The notes under the pieces are model-generated. The model was given only the letters and a program-made list of their open reading frames with translations, did not search any database and was not told where the DNA came from. Positions 58,607 to 64,000 of a stretch of DNA of 64,000 nt are shown in pieces. Source of the DNA: Anaerolineae bacterium. GTDB lineage: Bacteria; Chloroflexota; Anaerolineae; Epilineales; JAHCIE01. How positions within the stretch are numbered: position 1 is the stretch's first letter; every line of letters begins with the position of its first letter. The stretch lies in the NCBI GenBank assembly GCA_046328505.1, contig JAXLWL010000004.1, forward strand, positions 9,559-73,558, given 5' to 3'. The position numbers were made by a program, and so were the translations under genes.

Positions 58607-60970
58607 ATGTCTCGGTTCGGTGAATTACTGACGGGAGCCATCAACAGCATCGCGGCATATGAGCGCAAGACCGCCTTGAATATCGAAACAGAGCTGGGCG
58701 GGAAGATCGGCCTGACGGCAGCGAGCATCCAGCGCTACAAAGCCGGCCATGTTCCGCCGGACGCGCGCACCATTGAGGTGCTGGCTTCGGAGGCAGTCCG
58801 GCGGGCCTATCTCAATCAGCAATGGCTGGAGCGCTTCCTAAAAGCGGCGCGCTACCCGGCGCCACAACGGTTAGTCGAACAGCTTTTTCCAGTTAGCACT
58901 CAGCCATCTCGCGCGCTCCGGATTCCCCACAATCTGCCCGCGCCATCCTATCCGCAATTCATCATGCGCGAGCGAGAGTATCGGCGCGTCGTCGAAGGCC
59001 TGAAGCAGCGAACACCGACTGTCGTGATATCTGGAATGGGCGGCACAGGGAAGACGAGCCTGGCGCGAGAAGTGGCGGGACATTGCCTCGAGGCCAGAGA
59101 CAACTTCCCCAGCTTCGCCGCTGCTGTATGGGTGAGCGACAAAGGGCGTCCCGGGACGACGACGTTAAGCGGTGTGCTGGACGAGATCGCTCGGACCTTG
59201 GATCACTGGGATCTCACGCAGTTGGCGCACGAGGAGAAGAAATCCCAGATTGAGCAGGTGCTACGTTGGCAGCCCGTGTTGATAGTGATCGACAACTTCG
59301 AGACCATCACCGACGGCAGCCTACTCGGCTGGGTTATGAAGCTGCCGCCGCCCAGCAAGGCATTGATCACGACGCGCGAGAAGCGGGAAGAGTTCCTGGG
59401 TAGTTGGCTAGAGGACCTGGGCGGCATGAATGAGGCAGAGGCGCGGGAACTTGTTGCCCAGCGCCTGCGGCAGCTGCGCATGACGAACCTCGTCACCGAA
59501 CCTAGTCAGCTGGACCCGTTGATTGATGCGACCGGCGCTAACCCCCAGGCCATGCAGATGGCAACCGGCCAGCTCAAGTATCAGCGCTCGCTGCAGCAAG
59601 TCATCGATGACCTGCACGCGGCGCGCGGCCAGGTATTCGACGACATCTTCGCACGATCGTGGAGTCTCATCGACAAGCCGGCGCAGCACGTGCTCCTCGT
59701 CGCGACTTTCTTCCCGACAAGTACCGCGGCCGAAGCCCTGGCCAAAGCCGCCGATGTCTACGACTTTGGCCTCGAGCAAGCCATTGAACTCCTGACCGAC
59801 CTGGCTCTGCTTGACGTTGAGCAAACCGGATTGGACCAGCCGCCTCGCTACGGGCTGCATCCCTTGGTACGCGCGTTCGCAAGCGAGAGATTGCGAGAGG
59901 AGACGACATTCGAATTGGCCGCCCGTCAACGTTGGTGTCGGTACTATGTCGAGTTCGCCGAGCAGCACATTGTCCGCACGGTGCCCCGGACTCGCTACTG
60001 GAATAGCCTGCTAGGCCGAGATCTGACGCTGGCCAATCCCGAGAAATCGAACCTATGTAGCGCCCTAGAGTGGGCTGAAGTGCATCACTGCGACGAACTG
60101 CTTGTCGAGCTAATGATACGATGGGCGCACTACATGGGTCGCCGCAACTTCCGTGAGCGGATCCAGTTCTCAAAGAAAGCAGCCGATGCGGCAGCACGTT
60201 TGGGTCACCAGTGGGATGAAGCGGTGTTGCTGATAGACGCCTACGGTTGGGTTTGCATTGAAGCCGGGTTGTTCGAGGATGCGCACCATGCCATCTCCCG
60301 TGGCTTGGAGTTAGCCTACTGCATCGAGTCGGCTGACCTGATTGCCCTTGGCAATGCGTTTCTCGCCAGACTATGTATCGACACGGGTGGCGACCTGGAT
60401 AGGGCGGGCGCGCTCCTTGACACGGCGCGTCTTGTCGTCCCGAATATCGGTTCAGATCTGGAGGCGGTCATCCGCGTCCGAGTGGACTTGGCGAGCGGTG
60501 ACCTGGCCGCCAAGCGGGGAGACTATCTCAAAGCGATCCAGTGCTATGAAGACGCGCTCGCAGATGGCTGGCATTACGGCGGCGAAGAGCCCGTCGTCGA
60601 GGCGAAATTCAGGCTCGGGCAAGTCTTCCTTGTCGAAGGTGACGTCCAGCGGCGGTTGGGTGAAGCTGCCCTTGCGCAAGGTGAGGCTGCCCATGCTGGC
60701 GGAGAACTCGAACAAGCCGAAATAATGCTGAGGCGCGCCGAGGAGTGTTTTACCCAGATACTCGACGCGCGGCACCAATCGAGCCTGTTGGACCTCACGT
60801 TCGCGCAGTATGGCCTGGCCTGCGTCGCCGTCCGCCGGGGCGACTTCGCGCGGGCGCGCACCTTCGCGTCGGAGGCAGAGGGCACGCTCTCGCAATTGGG
60901 CGTAAGCCACGCCCTGCGCGGCAAGGTGCGCCAGCTACTGGACGATCTGGAACACATGCGCTCGCCTTGA
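58607..60970 (+). CDS. STAND NTPase: N-terminal HTH, NB-ARC ATPase, TPR repeats (intact paralogue of 42897..45186)
   Basis: GGGAGGG RBS. HTH MSRFGELLTGAINSIAAYERKTALNIETELGGKIGLTAASIQRYKAGHVPP. Walker A VVISGMGGTGKTSLAREV, Walker B VLIVIDNFE. C-terminal TPR-like repeats. Confidence 0.8.
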   Translation: MSRFGELLTGAINSIAAYERKTALNIETELGGKIGLTAASIQRYKAGHVPPDARTIEVLASEAVRRAYLNQQWLERFLKAARYPAPQRLVEQLFPVSTQPSRALRIPHNLPAPSYPQFIMREREYRRVVEGLKQRTPTVVISGMGGTGKTSLAREVAGHCLEARDNFPSFAAAVWVSDKGRPGTTTLSGVLDEIARTLDHWDLTQLAHEEKKSQIEQVLRWQPVLIVIDNFETITDGSLLGWVMKLPPPSKALITTREKREEFLGSWLEDLGGMNEAEARELVAQRLRQLRMTNLVTEPSQLDPLIDATGANPQAMQMATGQLKYQRSLQQVIDDLHAARGQVFDDIFARSWSLIDKPAQHVLLVATFFPTSTAAEALAKAADVYDFGLEQAIELLTDLALLDVEQTGLDQPPRYGLHPLVRAFASERLREETTFELAARQRWCRYYVEFAEQHIVRTVPRTRYWNSLLGRDLTLANPEKSNLCSALEWAEVHHCDELLVELMIRWAHYMGRRNFRERIQFSKKAADAAARLGHQWDEAVLLIDAYGWVCIEAGLFEDAHHAISRGLELAYCIESADLIALGNAFLARLCIDTGGDLDRAGALLDTARLVVPNIGSDLEAVIRVRVDLASGDLAAKRGDYLKAIQCYEDALADGWHYGGEEPVVEAKFRLGQVFLVEGDVQRRLGEAALAQGEAAHAGGELEQAEIMLRRAEECFTQILDARHQSSLLDLTFAQYGLACVAVRRGDFARARTFASEAEGTLSQLGVSHALRGKVRQLLDDLEHMRSP

Positions 60971-61036
60971 GCGCGTCAGATGTGGATGAGGGCCCTCTGT
61001 CGAAGGGATGAGAACGTCAATCGGAAAGGGAATTCA

Positions 61037-64000
61037 ATGGCGACGACGAACCACGAGCGCATCGGCAAAGTCATGGAGTTGCTGCGCGCCGGGCTGAAAC
61101 CGTATGTCACGCGCGAGCTCGAAGCGAAGCACGGCAAGTACTGGGTCACGACGGTGACACAGAAGTGGCCCCACGACCTAGACTGGAGCGACAGCGACGA
61201 GCCGAACCTGGATGCCGCCGTTCTCCTGCGCATGATGTGGGACGAGTGGAACGAGGTCTTCCGGAACACCCTGGGCTACGCCGAACGCAGCATCGTCAGC
61301 GAGCTGCGCGACACGCGCAACCGCTGGGCGCACCAGCGCGGCTTCTCCCTGGACGACACCTACCGCGCCCTGGACAGCGCCCAACGCCTCCTCCTCGCCG
61401 TGTCCGCCCCTGAGGCCGAGCAGATCGACCGTATGAAGCAGGAGGTTCTGCGGCTTCGCTACGAAGAGGAGACGAAGCGCGAGGCCAAGAAGGCCGCCGT
61501 CGCCGCCACCGAGGGTCAGCCGAGCGCCGGCCTGCGTCCCTGGCGCGAGATCGTCACACCCCACCCCGACGTCGCGGCCGGCCGCTACCAGCAGGCGGAG
61601 TTCGCCGCCGACCTGGCCCAGGTGCATCGCGGCGAGGGCACCGACGAGTACCGTGACCCGCGGGCCTTCTACCAGCGCACCTATCTGACGGAGGGCCTGC
61701 GCCGCCTGCTCAAGGACGCGCTGCTACGCCTCAGCGGGCAGGGCGGCGAGCCGGACATCGAGCTCCAAACCAACTTCGGCGGCGGCAAGACCCACTCGAT
61801 GCTCGCCCTCTACCACCTGTTCTCGGGCGTCTCGTCGAGCGAGTTGGCCGGCATCGAGGGCGTGATGCGCGAGACCGGCGTGGCGATGTTGCCGCAGGTG
61901 CAGCGCGCCGTCCTGGTCGGCACGGCCCTATCGCCCGGCCAGCCGCGGCGCAAGCCCGACGGCACGCTCGTCAACACACTGTGGGGCGAGCTCGCCTGGC
62001 AGCTCCTCGGCCGCGACGGCTACGACCTGGTCGCCGAAGCCGACCGCAACGGCACGAACCCCGGCGCCGCCCTCAACGAAGTGCTCAGCATCGCCCAGCC
62101 GTGCCTCATCCTCATTGACGAGTGGGTCGCCTACGTCCGCCAGCTATACACCAACCCCAACCTGCCGGCTGGCTCGTTCGAGGCGAACCTGACGTTCGCC
62201 CAGGCGCTCACCGAGGCGGCCCGCGCCGTGCCTCGCGCCATGGTCGTCGCCAGCATCCCGACGTCGGACATCGAGACCGGCGGCGAGGGCGGCAGGGTGG
62301 CCCTTGATCACTTGCGCAACGTCTTCGGCCGCATGGAGTCGCCCTGGCGGCCGGCCAGCGCCGAGGAGGGCTTCGAGATTGTGCGCCGCCGCTTGTTCGA
62401 GCCGGTCACCGATCCCAGCCTCTACGCCGCGCGCGACGCCGTCGTGGACAGCTTCATGAACATGTACCGCACGCAGAAGGCCGAGTTCACCCAGGACACG
62501 CGCTCGGCCGACTACGAGCGGCGCATGAAGGCGGCCTACCCCATCCACCCCGAGCTATTCGACCGGCTCTACAACGACTGGTCGACGCTGGAGAAGTTCC
62601 AGCGCACGCGCGGCGTGCTGCGCCTGATGGCCAAGGTCATCCACGCCCTGTGGGAGCGCGACGACCGCAACCTGCTCATCATGCCCGGCGTCGTGCCCAT
62701 TGACGCGCCTTCGGTGCAGGACGAGCTGACGCGCTACCTGGAAGACCCGTGGATGCCCATCATCGAGAAGGACGTGGACGGGCCGCACTCGCTGCCGCTG
62801 CGCCTCGACCGCGAGAACCCCAACCTGGCGCGCTATTCGGCCACCCGCCGCGTCGCCCGCACCCTCTACCTCGGCTCGGCGCCGACGCTGCACACGGCGC
62901 ACAAGGGCATTGACGACCGCAGCATCAAGCTCGGCGCGGTGCAGCCGGGCGAGTCGGCGGCGACATTCGGCGATGCCCTGCGCCGCCTGGCCGATCAGGC
63001 CACCCACCTCTACCAAGACGGGCAGCGCTACTGGTACTCGACGCAGCCGAGCGTCAACCGCCTAGCCCAGGATCGCGCCGCCCAGCAGACGGAGGACGCC
63101 GTCGAGACTGAGATCATCCGACGGCTGCGCCTGGAGCTGCGGCAGCGGGGCGACTTCGCCGCCGTGTACGCGGCGCTGCCGTCGGGCGACATCCCCGACG
63201 AGATGGAGACGCGGCTGGTCATCCTGGGTCCAGGCCAGTGGCACACCAAGGGCCAGGATAGCCCCGGCCGCAAAGCCGCCAAGGAGACGCTCGATCTGCG
63301 CGGCGGGATTCCCCGTCGCTACAAGAACACCCTCGTCTTCCTCGCCCCCGATAGCGCGCGCCTGGCCGACCTCCAACAGGCGGTGCGGCAGTACCTGGCG
63401 TGGAAGTCCATCGAGGCCGAGAGCGAGACTCTGAACCTCGACGCATTCCAGGCCAACCAGGCGAAGACGAAGAGCGCCGACGCCGACGAGGCTGTGAGGC
63501 GGCGCATCCCCGAAGCCTACGTCTGGCTGCTCGTCCCGACGCAGCCGGATGCGCATGGGCCACTGGAGTGGGAGGACATCCGTGTCCAGGGGACAGACAG
63601 CCTGGCCATGTGTGCCGCCAAGAAGCTCGTCAACCAGGACTTGCTCAAGACGCAGTGGGTGGGCACGCTGCTGCGCGTAGAGATGGACCGTATCCCCCTG
63701 TGGCGCGGTGACCACGTCGCGGTCCGCCAGCTCGCCGACGACTTCGCCCAGTACCTCTACCTGCCGCGCCTCACCGGACCGCGCGTTCTTCACGAGGCGA
63801 TCCAGGATGGCGTGCGCCGCATAACGTGGGAGCAGGAGACGTTCGCCTACGCCGACGCCTTCAACGCGACCACCAGCCGCTACACGGGGCTGGAAGTCGG
63901 CCACATTGTGAGCGTCAGCGCCAGCGCCGACGCCGTCGTCGTCAAGCCCGAGGTCGCCCGCCGCCAGATGGACGCCGACGCCAGCAAGGTCGTCACACCG
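61037..64000 (+). CDS. DUF499-family ATPase with N-terminal Swt1-like HEPN motif; 3' end beyond window
   Basis: Open frame from the ATG at 61037 to the window end, absent from the ORF track because no stop is reached. N-terminal ELRDTRNRWAHQRGF carries the Rx4H HEPN motif. P-loop TNFGGGKTHSMLALYHL, Walker B-like CLILIDEWVAY. Usual partner of DUF1156 methylases. Confidence 0.8.
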   Translation, partial: MATTNHERIGKVMELLRAGLKPYVTRELEAKHGKYWVTTVTQKWPHDLDWSDSDEPNLDAAVLLRMMWDEWNEVFRNTLGYAERSIVSELRDTRNRWAHQRGFSLDDTYRALDSAQRLLLAVSAPEAEQIDRMKQEVLRLRYEEETKREAKKAAVAATEGQPSAGLRPWREIVTPHPDVAAGRYQQAEFAADLAQVHRGEGTDEYRDPRAFYQRTYLTEGLRRLLKDALLRLSGQGGEPDIELQTNFGGGKTHSMLALYHLFSGVSSSELAGIEGVMRETGVAMLPQVQRAVLVGTALSPGQPRRKPDGTLVNTLWGELAWQLLGRDGYDLVAEADRNGTNPGAALNEVLSIAQPCLILIDEWVAYVRQLYTNPNLPAGSFEANLTFAQALTEAARAVPRAMVVASIPTSDIETGGEGGRVALDHLRNVFGRMESPWRPASAEEGFEIVRRRLFEPVTDPSLYAARDAVVDSFMNMYRTQKAEFTQDTRSADYERRMKAAYPIHPELFDRLYNDWSTLEKFQRTRGVLRLMAKVIHALWERDDRNLLIMPGVVPIDAPSVQDELTRYLEDPWMPIIEKDVDGPHSLPLRLDRENPNLARYSATRRVARTLYLGSAPTLHTAHKGIDDRSIKLGAVQPGESAATFGDALRRLADQATHLYQDGQRYWYSTQPSVNRLAQDRAAQQTEDAVETEIIRRLRLELRQRGDFAAVYAALPSGDIPDEMETRLVILGPGQWHTKGQDSPGRKAAKETLDLRGGIPRRYKNTLVFLAPDSARLADLQQAVRQYLAWKSIEAESETLNLDAFQANQAKTKSADADEAVRRRIPEAYVWLLVPTQPDAHGPLEWEDIRVQGTDSLAMCAAKKLVNQDLLKTQWVGTLLRVEMDRIPLWRGDHVAVRQLADDFAQYLYLPRLTGPRVLHEAIQDGVRRITWEQETFAYADAFNATTSRYTGLEVGHIVSVSASADAVVVKPEVARRQMDADASKVVTP

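Overview
High-GC (about 65-70%) bacterial chromosomal window. The lineage cannot be fixed from sequence alone; the domain repertoire suggests Chloroflexota or Actinomycetota. Coding density is high, and no rRNA, tRNA or CRISPR array was recognised. There are three blocks. (1) About 0.4-21.3 kb is a copper-type heavy-metal resistance island. It carries two P1B-type ATPases, an ArsR/SmtB repressor, a CDF exporter, four DUF305 proteins with Met-rich repeats, a two-component system with a Met-rich sensor, a BlaI/BlaR1-like pair, cytochrome c, a rhodanese, SHOCT, DUF2085 and a NapH-like ferredoxin. IS481 and IS630 transposase stubs, a 2-oxoacid dehydrogenase E2 fragment and a permease fragment are interspersed. 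(2) About 22-34.9 kb is a Tad/Flp pilus locus (cpaB, cpaE/tadZ, tadB, tadC, an unlisted flp pilin gene, a prepilin peptidase, TadE/TadG-like proteins) in which the cpaF ATPase gene is broken by about five frameshifts. A 63-bp tandem array of palindromic units lies between cpaF and tadB. The locus ends in a giant LysM-FtsK-like-BTAD protein. (3) About 35-64 kb is a defense-island-like block. It holds two paralogous NACHT NTPases with C-terminal FGE-sulfatase domains followed by a caspase-like protease; all three share a 25-30 aa G/N-rich beta-strand-like motif, a candidate amyloid-type signalling sequence. It also holds two copies of a module made of a small 2-TM protein and a divergent HTH-NB-ARC-TPR STAND NTPase, an SNF2-like helicase with a C-terminal DUF3883, a lower-GC XRE/ImmA-headed operon encoding two thymidylate-synthase-like proteins plus a Tmk-like kinase fused to an unassigned domain, and a DUF1156 Zn-ribbon DNA methylase whose usual partner, a DUF499 HEPN-ATPase, is separated from it by an inserted STAND module. 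An in-frame TGA followed by a hairpin in a DUF1573-like lipoprotein gene was also noted.
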